Assembly (NCBI GenBank): GCA_965261595.1 | Contig: CBDHDG010000005.1 | Coordinates: 768,001 to 832,000, forward strand | Direction of reading: 5' to 3' | Length of the DNA: 64,000 nt | Source of the DNA: a bacterium | GTDB lineage: Bacteria; UBA8248; JACPRG01; G963555815 | In this document: positions 30,200 to 39,485 of the stretch, one piece after another | How positions within the stretch are numbered: position 1 is the stretch's first letter | Layout: each line of letters starts with the position of its first letter | Translations under genes and position numbers: made by a program | Notes under the pieces: generated by a model | The model's database searches: none | What the model was told of the DNA's origin: nothing | The model's input: the letters and a program-made list of their open reading frames with translations, nothing else

Positions 30200-30929
30200 C
30201 GGCGGCCTCCCGGGCTTTGCGGCGTTTCAACGCAAGCTTTGAAGTTCCGATGCTGACCTCATAAAGAACGAGCAGTGGCCCGGCCATCAGGACTTGCGTA
30301 AAGATGTCGGGAGGCGTCAGGATGGCGGCCGCTACGAACATGAGGACAATCGCGTACCGCCGATTCCGCCTCAAGACGGCGGGGGTGAGGAGGCCGAACC
30401 GGGTCAAGAGAAAGGAGGCCAGAGGCATCTCGAAGACAAGCCCGAACACCAGCAGCATCCGGATGGTGAAGGAGATGTAGTTCCCGACGGTGATGCTGGC
30501 GGAATAGGCCGCTCCGGCATAGCCCACCAGAAACTGGATCCCGAAGGGCATGACGACGAAAAAAGCGAAAGCGGCTCCGATCAGGAAACAGATGGTGGAG
30601 AGGATAACGAACGGCAGGGTGAGGGACCGCTCGGATGAATGCAGCCCGGGGGAGATGAACGACCAGAGCTGGTGCAGGACGAGGGGCAGGGATATCAGCA
30701 CCCCCGCCAGGAAAGCGACCTTCAACTGGGTGAAAAAGGCCTCGGTGGGGGCGATGATCAAGAGTTTTGACTGAATGGGCTGTATCGGGGCTTGCAGGAA
30801 GGAAAGAATGGGACCCGTGAAGTTCCAGGCCGCTAAAAATCCAAGGCCGATGCCGATCAGGCTGACCATGATGGACCGGCGTAGATCTGAGAGATGTCCC
30901 GTGAGGGACATCTTCTTTTCATCCGCCAT
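30195..30929 (-). CDS. tatC: Twin-arginine translocase subunit TatC
   Basis: MSL..HL.DLR, PTEAF, W.FISPGL...E, FGLVFEMP, AAILTPPD. Confidence 0.96.
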   Translation of the reverse strand: MADEKKMSLTGHLSDLRRSIMVSLIGIGLGFLAAWNFTGPILSFLQAPIQPIQSKLLIIAPTEAFFTQLKVAFLAGVLISLPLVLHQLWSFISPGLHSSERSLTLPFVILSTICFLIGAAFAFFVVMPFGIQFLVGYAGAAYSASITVGNYISFTIRMLLVFGLVFEMPLASFLLTRFGLLTPAVLRRNRRYAIVLMFVAAAILTPPDIFTQVLMAGPLLVLYEVSIGTSKLALKRRKAREAAD

Positions 30930-31392
30930 GGTCTTTCGACGCCTTTGTCCCTGAACCGGACGCTTCCTCCGGGGTCGGGGTTGATTCTCCTCTTGCGGAA
31001 ACGGCGGCTTCCGCCCGGTCTGGGGCGGCCGGCGATTCGTCCGATGCGCCCGCCGGGGGTTCCGAGGCGGGGGGCGCGTCCGGGGGCGGAGCTTGATCCG
31101 ATTCCGATTCCAACGAGGTGTCTTCGGAGGATGCCGCTCCGGCGGCGTCCGTTTTCAGGGTTTCTTCCTTTTTCTCCGTGTCCGGTTGATCGCCCTGGGC
31201 AACGGCCTCTTCGACGTCCAGATCCTCCAGGTTATCCATCCGCAGCTCATCCTTCAGACCGGAGGTGGCGTTTCGGAATTCGCGAAGCCCCTTGCCGATG
31301 CTGCGGGCGACATCGGGCAACTTCTTGGGTCCGATGACCAGAAGGGCGATCACGAGGATAACGATCAGTTCGGTCATGCCGATTCCGAACAT
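30919..31392 (-). CDS. TatA/TatB-family subunit (position and length suggest TatB)
   Basis: MFGIGMTELIVILVIALLVIGPKKLPDVARSIGKGLREF; overlaps tatC start. Confidence 0.9.
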   Translation of the reverse strand: MFGIGMTELIVILVIALLVIGPKKLPDVARSIGKGLREFRNATSGLKDELRMDNLEDLDVEEAVAQGDQPDTEKKEETLKTDAAGAASSEDTSLESESDQAPPPDAPPASEPPAGASDESPAAPDRAEAAVSARGESTPTPEEASGSGTKASKDHGG

Positions 31393-31643
31393 GTCTGCGA
31401 TTCACCTATTGCGCTGGGATGAGCGTTGTCTCTTCCCGGATTTGGAGAAGCGCGACATTCCGGGAGGCCGAAAATCAAATCTGAACAAGCATAGACAATC
31501 TATTTCAATCCCCGTTGGGAATCAAGCGGTATCCAAGGCGAATTCCCTCTTTGCCCTTCCGAGGAATGATTGAAAATTGATTGTAATTTTGTATTAATTT
31601 GGCTATGATTTCGTCATTCACTCATTATGGGCGGGTTGGAAAG

Positions 31644-32459
31644 ATGAAGGCAAAGCTTTACAAAACTTTGTGTGTCTCACCCAATGGGCTCAGTTATCGG
31701 GAGCTCGCCAGCAAAACGTTGAAATCGAAGGACATCTCCGAATCTTTGGGCCGTCGAATCTTTGAGCCGATTTTGAGCGGTGAGGCGAATTTTGTCCAAG
31801 AGGAAAGCGGGCTTTGGCATGTTCGTGAGCCGGCGGATCCGGCGGACCGGTTCTTGGGCAATCTGACGTATGTCGTGGTCGACCTGGAGACGACGGGATA
31901 TCCGGTCCCTGAGGAGGGTGTCACCGAGATCGGGGCTGTCAAGGTTCAGGGAGAGCGCTGGATAGAGGAATTTCATGCGCTCGTCAACCCAGGCCGTTAC
32001 GTTCCGGTGGCCGTTTAGCGCCTGACGGGAATTTCAAACACCCTGTTGCGCTCTTCCCCGAGGATTGCCGAAATCCTGCCGGGATTCGCGCGGTTCTGCG
32101 AAGGAGCCGTATTGGTCGCCCACAACGCCCCGTTCGACCTGCGAATCCTTCAACGGGAGGCCGCACCGTTGGGAGTCGCCTTGCCGGAATGGTCGTTTTG
32201 CACATACAGTTTGGCTCGGAGGTTGTTGCCGGAGCTGGAAAGTTATCGTCTGGGCGACCTTGCGCGCAATCTCGGGTTTCCGGATGAGGGCAGCCACCGC
32301 GCCCTTCCCGACGCAAGGACGGCGGCCAGGCTGTTCAGCCGGCTGATGGTTGACCTGCTCTCCCTCGGAATCGAAACCCTGGGCGGCGCGCTCCGCTTCC
32401 TGCAAGCCAAGCGTCCCCCGCGCCCCGGCGATGCGCCGCGCCGGCGTCGCGTCTCTTGA
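31644..32459 (+). pseudogene. DEDDh 3'-5' exonuclease (DNA polymerase III epsilon-like) with in-frame TAG at 32016
   Basis: VVVDLETTG, EIGAV, [TAG]RLTGI, VAHNAPFD, HRALPDA all in one frame. Confidence 0.85.
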
Positions 32460-32486
32460 GCCGAAAACAACTGTAACCGTCCCGGA

Positions 32487-32963
32487 TCATGAAGATTCGC
32501 CTTCTTTGCTGACCGGATCTCCGGGACGGATGACCCCGCCTTCGAGAACCTCGGCGAACAGACCGCATCGGTGCAGGAGGAGCTTGACGACCCTCTTTCC
32601 GGTTACCTCTTCGAGGTGTTCGCAGGGTTCGTTGAGGCGCACCCCGCGCAGTGTCGCCCCGCCCACCCGAAACGTTTTTCCGACCAAGTGGGTGAGTGGG
32701 ACTTCAGACGTGATGATGTTCATGCGGCATTCGTCCGCGGAGAGCTCGAAGTCGTCATCCCGCTTCAAGGTTTCCAGAACCTCGCTCTCGAAGAGCGTCA
32801 CTTGGCGATGCGGCCCCATGTTCTTGGAAAAAAAGCCTTCCCCCTTGAAATACCGGTCTCCCTCGATGCCCTTTCCCGCCACGGCGAGGATCTCTTCAAA
32901 GGTCTGCATGGGTTGTTCGGCCTCGTGGGTGATATGAACCGAGACCACTTCACCTTTCCACAT
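32487..32963 (-). CDS. MOSC-domain protein
   Basis: GIEGDRY, RQVTL, R.NIIT, LVGK.FRVG, EPC, G.IRPGD. Confidence 0.88.
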   Translation of the reverse strand: MWKGEVVSVHITHEAEQPMQTFEEILAVAGKGIEGDRYFKGEGFFSKNMGPHRQVTLFESEVLETLKRDDDFELSADECRMNIITSEVPLTHLVGKTFRVGGATLRGVRLNEPCEHLEEVTGKRVVKLLLHRCGLFAEVLEGGVIRPGDPVSKEGESS

Positions 32964-33112
32964 GTCGTCCGGGCCTCCCTCGGCAATTCCAGCGTGTGTT
33001 TCCCCGCCAGGCAAAGTTCAGGAAAGAAATGAGTCCTCGAAAAAAGCCGAATGCGTCAAAAACGTTATCGTCCCCAAAGTGATTTCGCGAATCACAACGG
33101 CGATGCGCCGCG

Positions 33113-34262
33113 TTAGGCGGATCCGGGTGAACTTGTGAACCTCTCCCCCCCCTCCTGACCGGCGTTCGCGGTTCGCTCGTGGTGTCTCTGGATGACGTAG
33201 CGCCCGATCATCTGTCCCAGGGCGATGCCGCCGACAGCGTCGCTGAGCCAATGTCGGGTGCGGTAAACCCTTCCGGCGGCGACGAGGCCCGCGATTCCGT
33301 ATGCCGCCCCCGCCACCCAGGGATTCTTGGACCGGGCCGCGATGACTGTGGCCAGCGCAACGGCCGAGGTCGTATCTCCGGATGGAAAAGAGCTGTTCTT
33401 GAGGCTGAAGAGAGAGAAATCAAACGGGTTTTCGGCGTTGCGGGGGCGTTTGCGCCCGATCACCCCTTTGAGTGGCAAGACGACGGCCGCTGTCAAAATG
33501 AGAGATTCGAGGCCCAACATGCCCGTGTCCACCCACTCGGGTTTGTTCCGGAGCTTGCCCGCGGCCAGAAAGGCCCCGATCACCCCCAACTGGCCCTCGG
33601 TTCGTCCGAAAGGGCCGATGTATTTCCTGAAAAATCCGATCCGGTCGAATCGATGGGCGACGGCGCCGTCCCGAATCCCTTCATCCCACGTTGAGCTGGC
33701 CGCCGTTCCGGCCAGAATTCCCCCCCGGATCAGCCAGTCGGGCCCGCTCCAGCGGGGGGGGCGCTTGGCCGCCAGAAGGATATCCTCGCGGACCCGTCCG
33801 GGAATCTCACGGAGCCTCCGCTTGATGGAAATTTCCGGAGCGCCGGGCGTAGAGGGCGTGGGGGGGGGGGGGGGGGGGCTCACCGCTGGATGGGTCGCCG
33901 GTTGGCGAGCCCGGCGGGGGAGGACCGGGGACTGTTCTTGCGGCGGGTTCAGGCTCGGGCGGAAGGTCGGGGATGACGCCTCTCCCGCACGTGGCCGCGC
34001 CGCTGGAGGAGGGTGCGGGGTCGCCTGGATTCTCCCTCGGGGAGGGCCCCGTCCGCTGAGGGAGAAGGGGGGAGAGAGGGGAGGGGGGAGGGAAATGTGA
34101 TGACCCGTTTTCTCGGAGGCCGCCTTTGAGATGGCCGGGGACTCCGGATTGCGGCGGTTTCCCCTTGACGGCTCCCGCCGATCCGGCGAGCCTTCTGGGT
34201 CCGAATAACAGGAGCGCGGCGGCCAGGATTACGAGGAGTTCGGCCGAGCCGAGTTCGGGCAT
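33113..34262 (-). CDS. PAP2-family phosphatase with TatA-like N-terminus and Pro-rich linker (frameshift in a 19-nt G/C run)
   Basis: K..IGRKRP, SFPSGDT, GRVYRTRHWLSD; N-terminal ELLVILAAALLLFGPRRL; frames joined by deleting one base at 33860-33878. Confidence 0.65.
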
Positions 34263-34349
34263 CGATTCATTTCATCTTCCGCGGCCGGTGTCCGGGTCAA
34301 GAAGGCTCGGCGCATGGGTCTCAGCGGGCGTCGCGGCGTCCGGGCCGGC

Positions 34350-35033
34350 TCAACGCAGCTCAAGCAGATGGAATCCTTCGGCGAATTGGAGTCCACCCTT
34401 CTTTCCGACATCCGCCGCCCGCCGGCGGACGCGATCCCGCCAGCCGTCGAGGCGGGTCATCTGGGATTCATGGAAGACGATGGAGTCAATCTTGGTGTCC
34501 AGGGTTCCCGAGATGTCCATGAAAAAATTGGGATTGTCAGCCCCCGCGAACAGGGCGTTGGGCGTGTGGTGAGGCTTGAGGTCGATGACCGAAAGGGCGG
34601 GTAGAAACAGGTGATCGCGCGCGGCGATAATTCCGTCCGTGACAGCCGTGCCCAGCGCCCGGTGATCGGGGTGAGGCTGATACAGGCGCCAGGGGTCGTG
34701 GGTCACGATCGCGTCGGGCCGGTAGTGGCGAAAGAGGATCGCGAGCTGAATCTTCAGGCCGTCATCCGCCCGGAGCTCGCCGTCATTGTACCGGAGGAAC
34801 ACCACCTCGTTCACACCGAGAAAGTCGGCCGCCGCTTTCTGTTCGGCCTCCCGGGTGTCCGCCAGCCGGTGGGGGGAGATGGTGATGTCTTTGGTCCCTT
34901 TGTTGCCGTTGGTGGCGATGACGTAAGTCACCGTTGCGCCCTCGCCAATCCACCGCGCGATGCTGCCGCCGCTGCCGAGCTCGGCGTCGTCCGGATGGGC
35001 CACGACAATCAGGACGCGTTTCCACTCAGCCAT
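34350..35033 (-). CDS. PIG-L/LmbE family deacetylase (MshB/BshB-like)
   Basis: VVAHPDDAE, T.G.KG, R..EQ..AA..LG, DGEL, HPDH, HESQ. Confidence 0.92.
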   Translation of the reverse strand: MAEWKRVLIVVAHPDDAELGSGGSIARWIGEGATVTYVIATNGNKGTKDITISPHRLADTREAEQKAAADFLGVNEVVFLRYNDGELRADDGLKIQLAILFRHYRPDAIVTHDPWRLYQPHPDHRALGTAVTDGIIAARDHLFLPALSVIDLKPHHTPNALFAGADNPNFFMDISGTLDTKIDSIVFHESQMTRLDGWRDRVRRRAADVGKKGGLQFAEGFHLLELR

Positions 35034-36381
35034 GAATGGCGATCCCTCTTCGGGACCCTTCGTCGTTCCGGGTCCTCCCTGGGCCCGGGCGATCGTCGAT
35101 GAGCGATCGATAAACCTCCTGGAGTTTCAGGGCCGTATCTTTCCAGGCGAAGCGGCGGCCTACGGCGGGGGCGCGCTGGCGCAGGTCTTCCCGCAAGGCC
35201 GATTCCGCGCAAACCCGGTCCAGGGCCTTGGCGAGAGCGTTACCGTCTCCCGCGGGCACCAGGAGTCCCGCCCTTTCCTGGGCCATCATCCGCGGATACC
35301 CCCCGACGTCCGAGGCCACAACCATCGCTCCGCAGGAAAGGGCCTCGATGACGGCCAGGCCGAAGGTTTCATAGCGCGACGGGAACACGCAGCAGTCGGC
35401 GGCCGCGTAGTAGTCGGCCAGGACTTTTTGGGGTTTGGACCCGAGGAAAGTCACCCGGTCCGACATCCCGAGGTCATCGATCAGCTTCCGGATTTTGCCC
35501 GGATAGGACTGTTCGTCGGCTCCGGAGGCGGGCATCCCGTTATTGCGCGGCGCCCCGTTTTGAGCGGGATGAGGGCTCCCGCCGATGATGACAAGATTCC
35601 AGTTGCAGTGATCGCCTTCCTGCCGGCGCAGGAGGGTCAAGGCCTGTATCAGGGTTTCGAGTCCCTTGACGGGTTCGATGCGGCCCACGAACAGAACCAC
35701 CTGGCCCTTGGGCAGACCGGCCCGGGTTCGGGCGACGGCCTGGTCTTGCGGGGAAAAGACGTCCGGGTTCACGCCTCCCGGGACGATGTGTATCTTCCCG
35801 GCCGGGATTCCATAATCGGAGATCAAGCTCTCCCGGTCGCGCCGGCTTCCTACCGTCAGCACGTCCGCGGAGCGCCACAAGGAATCCTCCTCGCCGCTTC
35901 GCCGGGCGTTTTCGATGTGCAGGTCGCCAAGCAGCCGGCGCTTGGTCCGCTCCATGGTGTGGAACATCTGGACGAAGGGGGTTCCGCTTCCGGCGGACCA
36001 GGACCGGCCGGCGACCCCGGAGACCCAGTAATGGGCGTGTATCACATCGTAGGCGTTGGCCGGCCATTCCATCAGGGCTTGGATCATTTGGGGGATGTGG
36101 CGGGAGATCTGGTCCCTCGATCGGGCCTCCGCGGGGCCGGCTGTGAGGTGAATGAGCCGCACGCCCTCGTCGATCTCGACAACGGCCGGTTGGTCGGGAT
36201 GGTCCCGCCGGGTGAAGACGTCCAGGCGGTGTCCCATGCGCCCGAGCTCGCGGTTGACTTCTCGCAGGAAGACGTTCATCCCCCCCGCGATTTCTCCCCC
36301 CAGCTCCGCCAAGGGGGAGGAATGAAGGCTCAACATGGCGATTCGAATCGGACGGTCCTCCGCGCTCCATGAAGTGTTCAT
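35026..36381 (-). CDS. GT4 glycosyltransferase, MshA-like
   Basis: LHSSPL..LGG..AGGMNVF, HAHYWVSG, FVGRIEPVKG, PSRYETFGL..IEA. Confidence 0.9.
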   Translation of the reverse strand: MNTSWSAEDRPIRIAMLSLHSSPLAELGGEIAGGMNVFLREVNRELGRMGHRLDVFTRRDHPDQPAVVEIDEGVRLIHLTAGPAEARSRDQISRHIPQMIQALMEWPANAYDVIHAHYWVSGVAGRSWSAGSGTPFVQMFHTMERTKRRLLGDLHIENARRSGEEDSLWRSADVLTVGSRRDRESLISDYGIPAGKIHIVPGGVNPDVFSPQDQAVARTRAGLPKGQVVLFVGRIEPVKGLETLIQALTLLRRQEGDHCNWNLVIIGGSPHPAQNGAPRNNGMPASGADEQSYPGKIRKLIDDLGMSDRVTFLGSKPQKVLADYYAAADCCVFPSRYETFGLAVIEALSCGAMVVASDVGGYPRMMAQERAGLLVPAGDGNALAKALDRVCAESALREDLRQRAPAVGRRFAWKDTALKLQEVYRSLIDDRPGPGRTRNDEGSRRGIAIHG

Positions 36382-36403
36382 CGATGAGGGCGCCGGTTTT
36401 TTG

Positions 36404-37414
36404 TCAAGGGTTTGGCCGAAGGTTGAAGTGGACCAACGGTCGGTCGCGTCCGCCGAGGCGATATTTGTACGTTTCGTTTCCTCGGAGAAAATCAAAGGTC
36501 CGCCGGCCGTCCCGGATCGCTTCGCGGATGGCGTACCCAAAAAGCGCGATGCCGGGGCTGGCCGCCGAGAGGCCCGTGTCATAGCCCGAATTGTAAACCA
36601 GGAGCGCACCGTCGATATCAAAACAGAGCAGGGCCGCCGCAGGGGTTCCGTCGAGCTCGAGGAATGTGAGGCGAAGCCATCCCTCCGCCGCCAGGGTCCG
36701 GCCGGTTTGGCGGAAAAACTCCCGCATGCGGTCATCCATGAATTCGGATTTTTCCGGGGCGCTGATGGCGTGCAGTCTCAGGAAGACATCCATGTCCTCC
36801 TGGAGCTCGGCGGGCGAGCTGTTCCGAATCTGGAGGGCGCCGAATTCCTCGGCGCGGCGCATTTTTCTGCGCAGCTCGTGGCGGTCTTTTCCCCGCAAGG
36901 TTTCCAGATACTCTTCCCACGTGGGGGGAAGGAGGATAAAGGGAGAGGTTTCTTCCGCCTCGAGGGTGACCTCCCATCCCATCCCTTCCGCCGCTTCCCG
37001 CAGGGGGGAGAGGGTTTTCGAGTCCTCGGGGATAAAGTGAAGATCCAGTTCAACGGGCTCGGGGAGGGAATCGGCCAGGGTCTCCAGGATTCCACCGGCC
37101 ACCGTTTCTTCATGACCCGGCCGGGCGAGGACATCGAGGTGATCGCAGAGGTCTTTGCCGCCCAGAAACTCGAATCGTCCTTCCGCCTCGGCCAGGGAGC
37201 ACAGGCCCAGCAGCTCCCCCTCCTCGGAACGCACGGTCAGGATTCGCAGGTTGAGGCCGTCCGAAAAATTGTCCCACCAGAGGTTTTGCCACTGAGGGGT
37301 TTGGAATATCGAACGGGGAGCGCTCTGGGCGAGAAGGTCCATCCACTCCGGTTTCAGCTCTACGAATGCCGAGGCATGCGCATAGATATCAGTTTTCACA
37401 CAGTTGATTCCCAT
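36404..37414 (-). CDS. GNAT acetyltransferase (CelD/BcsL, Acetyltransf_6 type)
   Basis: FQTP.W...WW, LP.TWEEYL..L..K.RHELRRK.RR, YNSGYD, SPG, FDFLRGNE.YK. Confidence 0.88.
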   Translation of the reverse strand: MGINCVKTDIYAHASAFVELKPEWMDLLAQSAPRSIFQTPQWQNLWWDNFSDGLNLRILTVRSEEGELLGLCSLAEAEGRFEFLGGKDLCDHLDVLARPGHEETVAGGILETLADSLPEPVELDLHFIPEDSKTLSPLREAAEGMGWEVTLEAEETSPFILLPPTWEEYLETLRGKDRHELRRKMRRAEEFGALQIRNSSPAELQEDMDVFLRLHAISAPEKSEFMDDRMREFFRQTGRTLAAEGWLRLTFLELDGTPAAALLCFDIDGALLVYNSGYDTGLSAASPGIALFGYAIREAIRDGRRTFDFLRGNETYKYRLGGRDRPLVHFNLRPNP

Positions 37415-37494
37415 TGATCTTCCACGAATGGTGAAGCGGCTTCCCGAGGGGACCCATGCGGCCGATGATCCGGGTGGGCCAAGTGAACTTCCGT

Positions 37495-37523
37495 AATCTA
37501 AGAGAGCCGACTTCCATTGTCAA
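37495..37523 (-). promoter_or_regulatory. sigma70 promoter for GNAT-MshA-like-PIG-L operon
   Basis: Minus strand TTGACA-17 nt-TAGATT, ~80 nt upstream of the GNAT start. Confidence 0.65.
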
Positions 37524-37546
37524 AGAAAACGCGGATCCTGGAATGC

Positions 37547-38110
37547 TCACAGCGGTTTGAAGACGGGGGGGCGTTGTTCATGCAGGGGCTCCGAGTAACG
37601 GTTGAAGGGAATCCCGAGAATCGATAAATGCGTGAACACCTGGAATTCCAGGAAGCCCGCCTTCAGAACGCCCCGCCTGGAGGCCGTGTTGCCGGCGGCC
37701 ACGAAGATGAGCGCGCGTGAAAAATCGTTCATCCCCGCGTAAAGCAACATTTCCCGCAAGACCACAGGGTAAAGCCCTTTCCCCCGCCAAGGCTCCAGGG
37801 TGAAGGCGTCATAGAGATAGACCTCGCCCGGAAGCGTGGAGATGGCGAGGTGGATCTCCTCGATCCCGATCTTCCCCTGTGCCATCCAGCAATAGGAAAT
37901 GATGTTTCCCTCATGAATCGCCGCGAAGCAGATCTCGCCCCGGTCGAGGCGCCTTTGGACGAGATTCGGGTCCAGGGCCTTGGCCAGCTGATCTGCCGCG
38001 GGGTCTCCCTTCTTGACCCGGATCAGGTCCACCTCGATGGAAGACTCCTGCGGCCGCAGGGACCCCGGAAGGGGAAATACATAAAGAACTAGACGGATGA
38101 ATTGGAACAC
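37547..38110 (-). CDS. GNAT-family N-acetyltransferase
   Basis: YLYDAFT...WRGKGLY, N.ASRRGV.KAGF; GTG start after GAAGGA overlaps upstream gene end. Confidence 0.8.
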   Translation of the reverse strand: MFQFIRLVLYVFPLPGSLRPQESSIEVDLIRVKKGDPAADQLAKALDPNLVQRRLDRGEICFAAIHEGNIISYCWMAQGKIGIEEIHLAISTLPGEVYLYDAFTLEPWRGKGLYPVVLREMLLYAGMNDFSRALIFVAAGNTASRRGVLKAGFLEFQVFTHLSILGIPFNRYSEPLHEQRPPVFKPL

Positions 38111-39219
38111 GACAACGGTCCTTCGGCGGCGCAGGCCGCGAAATCGGCGGAATCGGGCAACAGGGGAGCGAGGATGACCCAAAGGCCGGCAAGCTCGGGA
38201 AGGCGCCCGCAATGGTCCCGGACATACTCGAGCGTTGGCGGGATGGAGGCAAGGTAGCGATTTTTCCCCAGGACTCCGGCCTGGTAGGCGAAGGTTCCCA
38301 CCGCCTTCAAGTTTCGCTGTGTCGCCGCGATCCACAGGGAGCGGTTGAACGTCTCCCGGTCCGATCTCTCGCCGGTCTCACTCTCCAGGCGGCTCCGATA
38401 ATACTCGATGAGCGCATCCCGGATTTCACCGGGAAGCGTCACATAGGAATCATACAGGAGCGAGGCTACGTCGTAGGCGGGGGGGCCCAGACGGGCGTCC
38501 TGAAAGTCCAGAATGCCCAGCTTGGGGAAATCCGTGAGAACCATCAGGTTGCGGCTGTGATAATCGCGATGCACGAAAACGGAGCCTTGCGAGACCAACG
38601 CTTCCGAGAGCCGGCGGAACTCGCCCGTGAGCGCCGCCCGGTCCCGAGGCGATACTTCTCTTTTCCATAGACCTTCGACGGCATGTTCAAGAAAAAAGGC
38701 CAATTCCGACTCGAATTTCTCCGATGTGAACGCATGGGTGAAGGCGGAGCAATCCCCCTCCCCCCGGTCCGTTTGCATCCGGATCAGGGATTCCAGGGCC
38801 TCCCGGCGCCAGGCTTCCGCTTCGGGGCGCGAAGCGGACTCGAGCGCCGTCTCCAGGGTCTGATCGCCCAGGTCTTCCAATGCCACAATCCCCTCCCGCG
38901 GCATGGAGAAATAATGGCCGGGAACGGGAAGACCCAGACCCGCCAAGTGCGACCGGACGTTCAGGAAAGGGAGGTCCATAGGTTCCGGCGGACAGGCTTC
39001 CGGCAAGACCATCAGGATGGCCGAGGCGGGATTTCCTCCAACGAGGGAGACCCGGTGGTATTGTCTCGTCGAGGCGTCGCCGGGCATGGGTGTCACGCGC
39101 AGATCGAGGATGTTTTCGTCGAGATGAGTCCGAAAGGATTGAACGAGGTTCTCTCGGGAGACCCCGCGGAGGCCATCGGGCCAAGCGGGTTCGGGCGCCT
39201 TTGGGATTTGGGGTTTCAT
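38089..39219 (-). CDS. APH-family phosphotransferase, AmgK-like anomeric MurNAc/GlcNAc kinase
   Basis: GDASTRQY.R, EDLGD, VHRDYHSRNLM, LDFQDARLGP..YD.ASLL.D, QRNLKA.GTF. Confidence 0.88.
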   Translation of the reverse strand: MKPQIPKAPEPAWPDGLRGVSRENLVQSFRTHLDENILDLRVTPMPGDASTRQYHRVSLVGGNPASAILMVLPEACPPEPMDLPFLNVRSHLAGLGLPVPGHYFSMPREGIVALEDLGDQTLETALESASRPEAEAWRREALESLIRMQTDRGEGDCSAFTHAFTSEKFESELAFFLEHAVEGLWKREVSPRDRAALTGEFRRLSEALVSQGSVFVHRDYHSRNLMVLTDFPKLGILDFQDARLGPPAYDVASLLYDSYVTLPGEIRDALIEYYRSRLESETGERSDRETFNRSLWIAATQRNLKAVGTFAYQAGVLGKNRYLASIPPTLEYVRDHCGRLPELAGLWVILAPLLPDSADFAACAAEGPLSCSNSSV

Positions 39220-39485
39220 GGCTCTTCTTGCCGCTCCAGCCGAAGCGTGTTCCGGGTTGAATGCCGGCCGGTGCGTTCGGTCCTGAAAGATTGCGGCTGT
39301 TCCGGCTCGATTCACTGATCCAATGATAACACGGCGGGGGCCTCATTTTCCCCCGGCCCGGCATTCTTCAGGGCATGCTCGCGAGAGATTGGCTGTTTCC
39401 TGTCTCCTCTCTGATAACCACTTTCGGGGAAGATGGGGGGGTATTTTGTTCAATGGGACATGCCCATCCGGTTTTCGGCCGGGCC

